Shown here: one piece after another, positions 35,954 to 48,472 of the stretch | How positions within the stretch are numbered: position 1 is the first letter of the stretch | Layout of the letters: each line of letters begins with the position of its first letter | Source: Vicugna vicugna | Taxonomy: Eukaryota | NCBI GenBank assembly: GCA_013265495.1 | Contig: MU058418.1 | Span: 1,638,917 to 1,702,916, forward strand | DNA length: 64,000 nucleotides | Direction: 5' to 3' | The notes under the pieces: generated by a model | Told to the model about the DNA's origin: nothing | The model's input: the letters and a program-made list of their open reading frames with translations, nothing else | Databases searched by the model: none | Made by a program: the position numbers and the translations under genes

Positions 35954-36733
35954 CTGTATAAAAGAGAGAACAACCATGGTTACATAAACTAAATCGGTGT
36001 TAAAAAAGAAATATGCATGCAATGTATTTTAAGTGTCATCTAGAAGAGATTAAATCTGGTTTAAGAAAGAGAGGTTATAATTCTACAAACTTAACTAGTA
36101 GCAAAATAGAGGAATAAACAGTCACATATCATGTAGTAGGGGAGAAACAACAAATGCCGAACATTAAAGGCCATCTAGATCGGTTGCTTGCAGACTTGGC
36201 CAGAATCCAGATAAAGAAGCAGATTTAGATTATCAAATTTGCAGAGCTTGCAAACAGACACTAAAGCCTTTCCTTTTAACAACGCCTACTCTCTCTGAAT
36301 TTAAGGAGTACCAACATTAACAGCAAACAGTCCTTGTGGGAAAAAAAAAGCATAGGAGCTTTTACATATTTAGAATTAAACATCCAATCTAGCATTGATA
36401 CCAGCCTGTGGAGTTGGCCAAGAGCAGGTAACTCAGCTTATGGGCACACCTAAACATCTAAATTTAAGCAGGTGGCATATCACTGGTCAAAAACAAGACC
36501 TGCCTTTCCTTGATTAAATATGGGTGTTAAAAAAGCATCATGAAATACTAGAAATCAACACGACTATAACAGCTTTCTAATCCCACAGATTCACTGCCAA
36601 AACATCATGATTAACTGTGATCAACTCTGTAAGCATACTGTTGATCAACAGTTGTTCAGATGCCAAGAGGTGGGTCATGAAAGCTTTTCTTTAAAAGCAT
36701 ACAGTTTACTACGTACTTTCACAAATAACATAC

Positions 36734-36799
36734 CTCCTTTTCTGGGATGAATCTACTTGGTCCGTGTCCTAGTGGTCGAGGAATTCTAATTCCAAGTTC
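36734..36799 (-). CDS. SESN1: SESN1 coding exon (ELGIRIPRPLGHGPSRFIPEKE)
   Basis: ttctag| acceptor, |gtatgt donor, 66 nt; GPSxFIP sestrin motif. Confidence 0.95.
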
Positions 36800-38479
36800 C
36801 TAGAAAAGAAAATTACACCATCTCAGTCCTCCAGCAGTAAAGAATATGAACTGAGGCTACCAGAATGAGAGGGAAAAATAGGCCAGTTGAACAGAGACAG
36901 GCTTGTTTTGGTGTTTTGTTCTCATGGCCATATATACATACCAACTCTTCTGTTTGCATTACATCACGGACAACAGTTTATAATACAACTCTGACTGAAA
37001 ACAATAAAACCTGTCTCACTAAAACCAGAGTTTTGCATAAAGTGCTTGGCACAAAGTCTAGAACAGAAAGTTCAGCACATAGCAGCCAACCCTGCTGACT
37101 GACAGTGATACAAAATAAGACCAGTGTATTTGTACATCCCAAACCCAACCAACCAAAATATCAATCCCTGTGCATCTTGTCAGGAAATGAAAAAGCAGTA
37201 ACCTCTACCTAGATGTCTTAAACTGAAAGAAGTATAATTATTGTTACATCTATAATAACACTTAAGAACAGAAATAATTATGAAAAAGAAAAAATACTAT
37301 TTAAATCAACAAAAGAGAAAGTCCTGCAGGACATGGTTTCTCTGAGTAACAATTTTAAATAAATTAATTTCATTTGTGAGTTTTCCTTAAATTTTTAACT
37401 TACAGGAGCTCATCTAACTTTGCTTATATTTTAGAGCAGCTCAACTAATTAAAAAATAGTTTTCTGCCTTTTGACATAGTGAATCTAGAATTCTATAATT
37501 TATGTGACAGTGTGGTTAACAAAAACAATCTACTGTTAAGGCTTTCATCTTTTCCCTCAGTACACTATACTTATAGAAACAAAACCAAAATATAACTCAA
37601 CTTTTTTTTTTCTTTTGAGGCTCATGTCCTATCAGTCTAGTCGCTAAACAAAAACACCTTCTTTAGCAACTAAATATTAACATTTCCTTATATAATTATA
37701 TACAAATATTATTTCCACCCTCTCTACTGCTTCCAGTTTAAGTCTTTCATGATCTAAACCAGATGCTTTCCTTTTACAGCAAAAAAGAAAAAAAAAAGAA
37801 AAAGAAAAAAAAGAAATTGGGGGGAGGGGTGGACGGAGAAGGACATGTGGCAGCAATTCAAGAAGTCTGATCCAAGTGAATGAAAATCTTTTGAGCAGAA
37901 TGGATTTTTTTAAAATTAAACAGGCAGGACAAAACTGAACAGAGTCTTAATTAGGAAAACTGAAGATTCAAAGTAGGTTATATTTGCCAAATAAATCTAT
38001 AAAATTAAAAAAATGTGTATGTGTGTGTGTATACATATTTCAAATAATCTTGTATTGGAGATCAGTGATTTCTTACTCTGGTAATTCCACACTTTGGCTG
38101 AAGATAATGTTCTAATAACTGTATCCTTCATAAGAAGAGGCACTAAATTCACTGGTGAGGCCATGTATGTGTTTCAATTTTAATACCCTATAATAAATGC
38201 AAGGAAAAAACCCCACATTCCTGCTATTCAATACATCATCTTAGCACAAATGCAGCCATTTATATAAAATGATAACTCCATGGGCCTTTCTAACTGCTGA
38301 ATTTCTGGCCCAATTACATACATTTCAAACAAAATACATTAGGCAAAACTTTAAGGCTAAAAATAAATATTTACCCTTTCTCATTTCTTTACTATCTTAT
38401 TCAAACAAAATGCATTTTAGCAAAACTCACATTTCAGAAGTTTATTATTCATTTTATACTTAAGAGACACTATTCTTGT

Positions 38480-39650
38480 GACTTTAGTATATAAAAGGTG
38501 GCATTTCAAATGGGGGAGAAATGGATTATTCAAATGATGTTGATACAACTGAGAAGCCACTCAGAAAAAAGTGTAATTGGAGCCCTAAATCATACTTTAC
38601 TCCACAATAAATCAGAGGTAACTGTGAAAAACAAGAATAAAAAACATTACAGTACTAGGAGAAAACACTCATGGAATCGAGTTAGGCCTAAGAATGCCAC
38701 AAAACCCAGAAGTCATAAAATATAAGATTGAAAAATTTGATGACATAAAAATAAAGACTTTCACATGGGAAAAATAAACTAAGTCAAAAGCAAACAGAAA
38801 ACTGGGAAATATATTTGCAACTCACATAGCAAAGGGCTAAATTTTTTTTTAAAGACAAACTTTTTTTTAATCACATACTTTAAAAAATTACCATTTTTTA
38901 AATGGAGGTACTCAGTATTGAACTCAGGACCTAAGCATGCGCTTTACCACTGAGCTATACCCTCTCCCCTAAATTTTTTTTTAATACATAAAGACAAATC
39001 ATTCAGAAAGCCCCTAACAACTTAATAGAGCAATGAACAAAGGACATGGACAGTTCAAAGAAAAGGAAATTAAAATGGCTCAAAAAAATGATCAACCCTC
39101 ACAATAAAACAAGTGTGAGTAATTACACAGAGATACAGTTTTTCACCTGAAAGACTGCTTAAGCTCAAAAAGTATGATAACAGGCTGTGTTGGAGAGAAG
39201 GTGGAGAAATAGCCATTCATTGCTTATACATTTCTGATGGAAATATTCTGAAGTGTAAGGAGTATAAATTACTGTAACTTCTAGGAGGGCAATTTGAAAT
39301 ACCGATTAAAAAACCACATATGCTTTTAATCAACAATTTCATTCTAAACATTAACCTATATTCACATTTCTGAAATGTCATATGTAAAAGTACAACCACT
39401 GCAACATTGTTTATAATAGTACAAGATACAGCACAACTTAAGTGCTCATCAAAAGAGGACTGTTTCAGTAAAGTTTAGAATGACCATAGACTGGGATACC
39501 ATGCAGTCCTTACAAAGAATGAAGCAGTTCTATATGGGCTGGCTTTAAAAGATCTCCAAGATACATTATGCAGAGGGAAAAAAGCAAAGTGCATAATATT
39601 ATGTTACTATTTGTAAGGAGAGGGAAAAAATACTTAGCAATTCCATCTCT
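38480..39650 (+). mobile_element. Ancient L1 fragment interrupted by a SINE
   Basis: Degenerate L1 ORF2-end/3'UTR motifs (ACTGGGAAATATATTTGCAA, GCAACATTGTTTATAATAG). Confidence 0.55.
38853..38969 (-). mobile_element. Vic-1-like SINE, internally deleted
   Basis: Reverse complement GGGAGAGGGTATAGCTCAGTGGTAAAGCGCATGCTTAGGTCCTGAGTTCAAT; TSD TAAATTTTTTTTTAA at 38838-38852 and 38970-38984. Confidence 0.8.
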
Positions 39651-39689
39651 AGGACTTTATCCCAGAAATACGTTAGCAACATGTGGATA

Positions 39690-39728
<39 letters not shown>

Positions 39729-39741
39729 CGTGTGTGTGTGT
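39690..39741. repeat. (GT)n(GC)n(GT)n compound microsatellite
   Basis: About 50 nt of uninterrupted purine-pyrimidine alternation. Confidence 0.95.
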
Positions 39742-40960
39742 TTAATAAGACCAGATGGGTAGTACGTGGGCCTCAAAACAGAGGTTGAAATATATTATTT
39801 TGGCTTTATTTCTATTCCAAATACATAGTTTATATATATCAAACTATTACAAAACAGTAGCTTTACAATTCCAATAAAGTGGCTATCAGTGTTTCGGAAA
39901 TGGAATATTTTCCAAGGGCCTTTCCCAATGGTCCTATGTAATTGTCTTTGAAAGTCCATCTCTATAGCCAAATTTAGTGGCCATAGTGGTATTACTGTCT
40001 CCACTCTTCCTTGCCTTCAATGGTAAAAGCTTTTCTTCCCAGTTCCTTTAGAATACATTCTTTTAGAGTGAAAAATTACATGTTTTAAAACAGGATGTTA
40101 AGAAAAAGCAAACCTCTTGGGAATGGATTATAGACCCATTGTGCTAATAACCTCTTAGAGTTAAGATCACATTTATTCCTTGATAAGATACTAGTCTGAC
40201 AAGAAAGCTGATGACAGAAAATAGAAACACTGAAGAAAGGAAATGAATGGAAAGAAGTCTCTGATATTGAAGACTCCAATTTCATTATTTTACCTAAGCT
40301 AGTTCCAGGTAAAATAGAATTTTACCCAGCTCACAGTGGGACTATCAGGGTCAACTTCCTACTAAGCTGAAGAGGTTGTAAGATGTCCTTGACACTCTGT
40401 AAAAGCAGAAAGGGAAATGGAAGGGGGAGGGAGAGAAGTAAAAGAAGATGGGGGATGGGTGGGAGACTGATAGATTTTTAAAAACCAAGTCTCTCCCAAA
40501 CAGAAAGGGTCAATCAAGATTGATATAATGGGAAGTACAGATACTGCTGTTCTAGAGTTAAATTGAGTTATTTTCCTACATTTGGATGCTAGACTCAAAA
40601 GATGTCCTTTGCTCTGTTTCTTAGTTAATAGATTAAATACATGAGAAGGATACAAAAACATGACATGATTTTTACTACTTAATCTTATGCCTAAGAGATG
40701 ACAAAAAGTTGATCTGGGGTGCTCCTGGTGAGCTCTAAGATTACATCCCAATTTATCCTAAACCAGATACTGTCAGGAGGCAGATCACTGATTCCATCTA
40801 GCCTCCTATTGCACACAAATTGAGCTCTAACTTCTGGGAAAGTAAACAGGCAACAATTATCTTGAAAACAGCCAGCAAGTCTGGTTCTAGAGTTGGTGTC
40901 TTTAATTAATTACTGTTTTGAAGCTTTTAAAGAGCTTTTAATAACTTAAAGGTCCTTTTA

Positions 40961-41297
40961 AATCTAAGAAGAAAAAAAAAAGACACTATAAGCTCACCTA
41001 CAAAACAGAAACAGACTTGCAGACATAGTAAACAATCTTATGGTTACCACGGAAAGGGGGAGGGAAGGGATAAATTTGGGATTTTGAGATTTACAAATGT
41101 TAGCCACTATATATAAAAATCAATTTTAAAATTTTTTCTTCTGTATAGCACAGGGAACTTGTTCAATATCTTGTAATAACCTTTAATGAAAAAAATAGGA
41201 AAACAAATATATGTATGTATATGCATGACTGGGACAGTGTGCTGTACCAGAAATTGACACATTATAAATGACTGTACTTCAATAAAAAATTAAAAAA
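40961..41297 (+). mobile_element. 5'-truncated L1 3' end with 18-bp TSD
   Basis: Similar to the L1 piece at 14633-14837; identical AACTTAAAGGTCCTTTTA at 40943-40960 and 41298-41315. Confidence 0.85.
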
Positions 41298-43412
41298 AAC
41301 TTAAAGGTCCTTTTAGATACCACTGTTATTATTATACAACAGTATCCTTGGTTTCTAAAGGGTTAAGAGTCTTAATTTTTAGGAAAAATCACTTTTGAAA
41401 CACTTCTTTTCCCGGTAACATGACAAATTAGTTGCTACCCTATTTTCTAGCAGGTGTTGATTTAAAAAAAAAAAAAAAGGCACTGCAGGTCTAGTCTTCA
41501 AAGGGCTGATCGTAAGCCAAACTAAGTGCATTTCATGACTTCCTAAAGGTTACTTCAATTATGCCTTCATCTGTAGCTCTAAGAAACTGAATCACGGACA
41601 ATTAACAAATTTTAGCCAATCTAGATTCAAAGAGGCAGAACTTCCCAACAGCAAATGGCCTTGTCGGGAAGCAGATGTAGATGCTAATCACAGCACAAAC
41701 CTCACAGGCTCTTGGTGAAGGTGTGGCTGGGAAAACTAACATGGGAACTAAGTCCTCTCAACAATCCTCATAATCAGCATCTTTGAAAGAGACAGCTACA
41801 GTCTCCATCATCACAACATTGCTGCAAATCTCTGACATGGTATGTTTCCTCAGTGTATGATACTCACACTCTGATGTTCACAGCATGAAAATTCTTTGCA
41901 AATGTTGACAGTACTACAGAATGACTATGTACGTAATGTATCACTATATGAATCAGTGTTTATGTACTGAAAGTACTGTTGTAATCAGAGTTTTCAAATT
42001 TGTCAAAGATACATTTATGAATCTATATGAATATCCTTAAGCAGAAGAATGAACAATTTGCCACAAATGCAAAATGAAAGCATTTGTTGGCTTATGGTGT
42101 CTACCCATTTGCAAAACTAGTTGAAAAGTAAAAATAATCTGATCACTTGAATCATTTTATTTTTCTCACTGCACTTGGTGCATTTTTAAACTCTCTAGAT
42201 GTCTCAGTACTGTTAATCACAAAATTGACATTAATTTTGATTTTTTTAAAATTACAAAAGCAGTTCTTTTTGAAATACATTTCAACAAGGCAAAAATATA
42301 CTGTGTAGAAAGTAAAAGTTCCCATTCTCCCTTGTGTATGAGAATTATTGCCTATAGCTGGGTACTAGCCTTTTAACATTTAAAATAGAAATAAGGAAAT
42401 CTAGAAGCATTATAAAGAAATATTCCTACTATAATAAAATGTATTAGTTGCTCCTTCTAATACTGCCATTAACTCATATAGGAAATTTAGCGATACTGAA
42501 AGTTCAGGTAGCTCTTTTTTCAGAGTCTGGTCTTCTATGAACTGCATTCTAGAAAAATAAAAACTCATTGACTTCAAAGTACTGGATTTATAAGGTTGAC
42601 TTAGGCCATATGTGTGCCCTATACTATTTTAGTCAGGAGTTCCATCCCTGAAAGTGTTTAATTTAAAAGCATTGTGGAAGTTTGCTATTTGAAGAGCTGT
42701 GTTATTCTTTTGTAAAGTGAATGGTTTTCCTATAAAGCTCTACTTCTTAATTTACTTTCCCATATTAGATGTGTTAAAAATGAAATACGATACAAAGCTT
42801 CCTGGTTTCCTGAACACAATCCCATAGGCACTGTAATCAATGTACAAGCTAAAATGTATCTCTTTATCTTCTAGTTTACATGGTTATATTTAGAGATTCT
42901 AGATCTGGGCAAGAACCAAGATTCTGCAGACAAATACCAGCAGAAATAACATTTATTCAAGCACAATGATTAGGGCTCACTCCTACTGAAAATGAGAAAA
43001 GATCTGTTATGGTCTGCAAGCAGCAATGCTATTTCAACACTTTCACAGTTTTTTCTCTTTGGTAAAGTTTCAAAGCAACAATTATGAGACTTTCTTTTTC
43101 TTCTTTTAAATGGTGCGCTATTTGCAACTGCTTAGAAAAAATACAAAATGTTACAATTAAATAGCTCTTTCTTAAGGCCAATTCAGACACAAAAGGGATA
43201 GTTTAATAAACAAGACTAAATTCTGTGCCTAACGTCATTGAGCTGGCAGAACAGTCTAGGCAACATCATCCTTTAACTGACTCAAATGTGTTTTTTCCCT
43301 TCTTAAAGTAGGAGGCAAAGAGTGTAAGGGTCACTGAATAATCTGTTTTGACAAGACACAGAGGAAAAAAATCCACAGGCTCTGCCGTGAGACTAGAGCT
43401 TTGTTCGGAATC

Positions 43413-43432
43413 TGACTTGTGGAGACTTGTAC
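43413..43432 (-). promoter_or_regulatory. p53 response element of SESN1
   Basis: Minus strand GTACAAGTCT CCACAAGTCA: two adjacent RRRCWWGYYY-like half-sites, both CWWG cores intact, 0-bp spacer, ~310 nt into the intron after the T2 first exon; SESN1 (PA26) is an established p53 target with an intronic element. Confidence 0.75.
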
Positions 43433-43479
43433 AGAAGACGTTATTTACGTTTCGGAGTCTTCCATTTAAATGACCGAGA

Positions 43480-44220
43480 CAGCTGTCTTCCAGCCGCAGC
43501 ATTTTCTGCCCGAGACGACTCGCGGTGGAAGATGTGCCCCCACCCACCACTGGCCGCCCCTTCACCTGAGGGATGCCGGGCAGGGCGGCCGGCCCGGCGG
43601 TTGCTCCAGGGGCGCCCTCCCTGTAGAGCGTTCTCCGAAGCTGTTAAGAGTGCGAAGGTGGGGAAGTGAGGCGACCTCCGTGCAGCCTACACAGTTCGGC
43701 CGGGTACCCACCCGCCCGCCCGGTCCCTCGCCCGGGTACCTCGTCCTGGCCGCGGCCCCCGCCACACTGCTTGCAGCCCAGCAGCTCCGAGACGGCCAGC
43801 GAGGCCGTGTACGCCTCGTTCGCGGCTGTGGCCAGGCGCATGTCGGCGCGGGGAAAGCGGCGAACGCGCAGAGGAGCCGCGGCGGCGCGGACGAGGCGAG
43901 CGCTGGGCGGCCGGCGGGCCTCCGAGCTGAAGCACCTCAGTCAGCGCTGACGGCGGGGGCGGCGCGGGGCGGGGCGGCGCAAACAAACAAGCCTTGTGGC
44001 CCCGCCCCCGCCGCCACTCCGCCGACTCGGCGGCCGCGAGCGCCAATGCGGGCCCGCAGCGCCACGGAGCCACGCCCTCTTGGCGCGGGCGGGCGGGCGT
44101 TGGCAGAGGGCGGTCTGACGCAGTCGGGTGAAAAACAACCTCGAGGGGCCGAGCTCCCTCAAAGAGCTAATTCTCTGGACAGGAACCGGCTCAGTACGCC
44201 AGGAGCTGAGTGGGTACTGT
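43480..44220. promoter_or_regulatory. SESN1: CpG island / SESN1 T2-type promoter
   Basis: Dense CpG; GC boxes 43966-43975 and 44000-44008, CCAAT 44043-44047, E2F-like TTGGCGCGG 44080-44088, CRE-like TGACGCA 44116-44122; no TATA box seen. Confidence 0.88.
43740..43841 (-). CDS. SESN1: SESN1 first coding exon of the 492-aa isoform ([34 protein letters not shown])
   Basis: gccgacATG start, GAG|gtaccc donor, 102 nt; all ten exons sum to 1479 nt = 492 aa + stop. Confidence 0.93.
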
Positions 44221-46584
44221 GGCTGGAAGGTGCAGCGCGAGCTGTCTGGCTTCAGGAAATGTGCCCCTGCCCCAGCATCAGAAGCCAAGAGACTGCCCTC
44301 CCTCCACCCGCTCGGGTCTATTTACCTAGAGCCAAACAGCACCCAACATCTAGGCTGACCCTGACAACCGGGAGGAATCAAGTTCGCTTCACATTTTATA
44401 AACTCTTGAAATTTACCTTGTTTCTTTCCAATAATGCCCAAACAACTCTGAATGGGCCACAGAATGCAGAAACAAGTAGGAGACCGTGACCTATATTCAA
44501 TACAAAATTATTTTGGTAAGCTATTTAGAACCTATAAATACCACTCTCCTATACAGATAATAAGCCTTGGCAGCACGTCTCTAAAATTTGTTTTCTTCTG
44601 TTTCTTGTATATTCGAAGGCTTAAAAATTTTAATGTTCTCTCATAAGCGCCCTGGATTTAAAAAAAAATTTCTCTTGAAATCAGATTTCATCTGAAATCT
44701 GATGAGAAACTTGAGAAAACAAGTTATAAAGGAACACAAATAACTGACATTGTTGGATCTGGAACACAAATCTCACAAGTGCTGAGTCAACACTATTTCC
44801 TTAGGGTTCCATTAACTTCTTTTTAAAAAACCAACTCCTAAATTAGATCCCTTTTTGCATGTTTGCCCTGTATTTTCAAAAGCTTACATGGTCAGATTAA
44901 AAAAAAAATCTGGAGCATTCTGACAAAAGGAAACAAGTGGAGTTTAAATCAATAAATACTGACAGACACAGAACCCGGAATCATAAATGAAAATAAGTTT
45001 CAGTCTTAGGAGTAAAGTTACAATGTCTCAGAGAACACTAAGTTTCTTTATTAGCTCTTAAACTGTCACATAAGTTAAAATGGTTACTTTTATTTATCTT
45101 CTCCAGATAAATAAGATAATGTTATATGTTCTCATACACTGCTTTTATAAATTGCTAAAGCACCCAAAGTATTTTTACTGGTCAAGAAAAGCAATTTGGA
45201 GCTAATATTAACATAGAAGAAAAGGCAACAGAGATTCCAAGCTCTCTTCCTCTAAGCACAGCCACAAAAACAAACAGTATAATCAAATGCCCACTCAGCC
45301 ACAAATAGGCAAAAATAAACCCAGTAAATCATCCAATTTGCAGCAATATGACATACCCTCCAAGATAAACTGGTTATAGATGAATAACCTGGAAACATAA
45401 ATGGACTTGATGTGTGGGGTTGTGAGCTATAAAGCTAGTTAATGAGGGAAGTATGTGAAAAGTGATGACTCTGGCTCTAAAATAGTTGAGCTGTGATTTT
45501 TTTTTTCCTGGAAGGAATGAAATAGTGGGGGTTTGTTGTCTCACAGGGAATAACCTTGTTTGTGACATTAAAATTATATCATTTGCAAAATGGAGAATGC
45601 TTACCTTTCTATTTTTTAATGAGAGAAAAGGGAAATGCATGCATTCAGCTAAAGAAAAAATGGCTTAAAATATTTAAATCCATGTTAAAACTGCAAACTG
45701 TGTATGTATATATACATATACATGTATGTATTATCTATTTCTGTTTGATATTTAATATTTGCTAAATATTTATTGAAGAAGCATATATTGAAATTGTATA
45801 GGAAGCTCCAATTAGGATCCCGCCCCCCTTTTTTTTCTCAGAAAGTTTCAGTTCATTTTGATGCTGCCTTACATAAAAAGAAAACAGTGGTATACTGAGG
45901 ACCTTCAAGCCATTAAATGTTAAGATTCCTTTATGGTTTTCTATAAAGACTGACTTAAGTTCTTTGGAGTACTAATTTCTACTCTTTTCAGTAGTGCAGT
46001 AACTGTGAATTAGTCACTATTCTCATACATAAAAATGCTGCCTCTAAAAAACAAAATCTATTAATCAAGAATTCCAACAACTGTATTGACCTACAAGTAT
46101 CACTGTATACATTTCACTCTTGGAAATGTTTTGTTATAAATCATTCAAGAAAAAGTTTATTTTTCAAAGATTTCACTACTTGAGTAGGCCAGATATCCTG
46201 AAGGTGCTTTGCCTAATGAAACCCCCGTGCAAGGCATGTAATAAACCTCCTGAACACAAATGAGTAATTGGAAAGGACTATGCTTTTGATATTTACCACA
46301 GGTTATCATTATAAGTCAGTGGCTATTTATAAAGTCTGCTATTTAAACATTTCATTTCAACATTTTATTTCTTCAATGAAGAATCCTGACATCTAATCCA
46401 AGAAGTAATACTAATGCTGAAATATTTCCTTTCCTCTAAAAATGTTTTGGTAAACCTACTCAACTAAAGTAGGTGTTTGCATCTATCATAAGCAGTAATG
46501 GTCTCAACTCTAATTTTCTTAAGAACAAGATGATACACTCATATAAAAGCCAAGTGGAGTCAAATGACTTGATCTGAGCAGAGA

Positions 46585-47200
46585 ATTATGAAGCATTAGA
46601 GAGTCTAGATTTGGAGTGGTAGTTCAAAATGGGCTTCCTGAAGGAAGAGATATTTGAGCTGGGCTTAGAGAATTAGTAGAGAGACTTTGGCAAGAAAATT
46701 TGGGGATGGTTTGTGAGAGTAAAGACAGAGTTCTAAGCAAAGAAACCAGCATGTGCAAAGGCCCACAGGCAGGGGGGAGAGACTGGGATTGGTGGTTCAT
46801 TAGGGAAGCTGAATAAAGGAAGTTCACTGGAGTCTAGAGCAGAGGGTATGGAGAGTAATGGATGGAGTTTAGGTAAAATATAAACTTTAAGGAGGGACTC
46901 TGTTCAAGAGACTTTGTTCAAGATTCAGTAAGGACTATAAATTTCATTCTTAGGAGTACTGTGGAGTTACCAAAACCTTTAAAGAGTAAAACGATATCAA
47001 ATCTGCATTTCAGCTAAGGTGTAAAAACATATATTGGAAGAGGCAAACCTAGAGGCAGGAAGATGAGTTAGGAAGCCTGCTGAGGCAACTCTGGCAAGGC
47101 AAGAGGGTGGCCTGAAGAACAACAGAAATGAAGCAAAGTGTAGGGATGAAGGTGGATTTGTCTCTCCAACATGATAAGTTTCTTGAGATAGAAAATGATG
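46585..47200 (-). mobile_element. L2 LINE fragment
   Basis: GGCTTCCTGAAGGAAG...TTTGAGCTGGGC, CAGCATGTGCAAAGGCCC L2 motifs. Confidence 0.6.
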
Positions 47201-48404
47201 CCTCTATTCTTGTTTTTGAAATTTAGGAGATAAATCTCAAACGATCTGCTCTCCTGACCAAGTGGCTTACCTAAATCCACTAGACTTAAAACAATAGTCA
47301 ATTTATGAAAAAGAATAGGTATATTTTAACATAAAGAATACTAATCGGGCCAAAAGGTGAGATTATACCTTTATCGGCCACATATTAAACCCTGAATTTT
47401 CTCATTAACCAAAGGCATTAAAGTACTACTTGTAGATTTATTCATTAGAATAGGAATATTTAATAATTAGTTAAAAAATAATTAGTTAGACACACAGGGC
47501 AATGGTTTTAGCCATTAAACCAAAGAACTCCTTTAAGTGTGGAAGTGGGATTTGTCAGATTTAAGCATTCTTAAAAAATGCTCTATTGTCATTTAAAATA
47601 TTTTATTTGGAATGAATGCTGGTTTATAAGATTACTTCTGCTTACTAATTTTGTCAAGATTTTTCTTCTCTAGCTGGTATCCTCCTTTTTTTATATATAG
47701 CTTGTCTGCTAAGCACTTTTTTTCTTTCAATATCATATTTTGGCAATGAGATCTTTTTAGCACTGAACTTCAATTTTATATTGTTCTCTTAGTTGTCCTC
47801 CACTGTTTACACTTCTTCAATTTAACTTTTAGAATTACATTACTTATAAAGGAGCAAGAATGTTGACAAGTCTTTGCTCTCTCTCTCTTAGGGTTTCTTC
47901 TTTTAGAAATGCAGTTTTAAATTTCTACATAGGGTTTTAGAAACATAGATCATCACTTATATTTTAAACAAGCAGTATTACAAATAGTGGCAGTGGTTTT
48001 AAATTAGAAAATCACTTTCCCTTTTTAAGGGCTAAGCATGTTAACTCATGATCAGGTTTTCCAGGCTAATGATAAGACCAGCAACTTACCAACTCCAACA
48101 TATCAGACATTAAGCACTTGACACTTATAAGGCAAATATAATTCTATTTTACAAATTTGTAAAACAGAAACTCATAAAGTATGGGTAACTTGTCCATGGT
48201 TGTAAAAGTAGTAAAATGCAGATTAGAACCCAGGTCTATTTGAATCCAAAGCAACAGAAGTTGGACTGCTTCTTTTCATGAATATATTTTTTTTAAATTT
48301 GGTAACTATGTATTGGCCTAAGTTCTTGATTCTGATGGCAAGAAAAGAGGGCAGGAAGAAAGAAAAATTTATCCCCTTGCTTATACTCAAGGTGAGATCT
48401 GGCA

Positions 48405-48472
48405 GAAGGAAGGAAGGAAGGAAGGGAGGAAGGAAGGAAGGAAGAAATGGAATGGAATGGAATGATGGAATG
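48405..48472. repeat. (GGAA)n grading into (GGAAT)n simple repeat
   Basis: Direct reading. Confidence 0.9.

Noticed and set aside
43470..44489. 339-aa + strand ORF antisense to the SESN1 first exon
   Set aside because: Spans the CpG island, where stop codons are rare. Ala/Arg/Gly/Pro-rich with no recognisable domain, and several overlapping ORFs occur in other frames.
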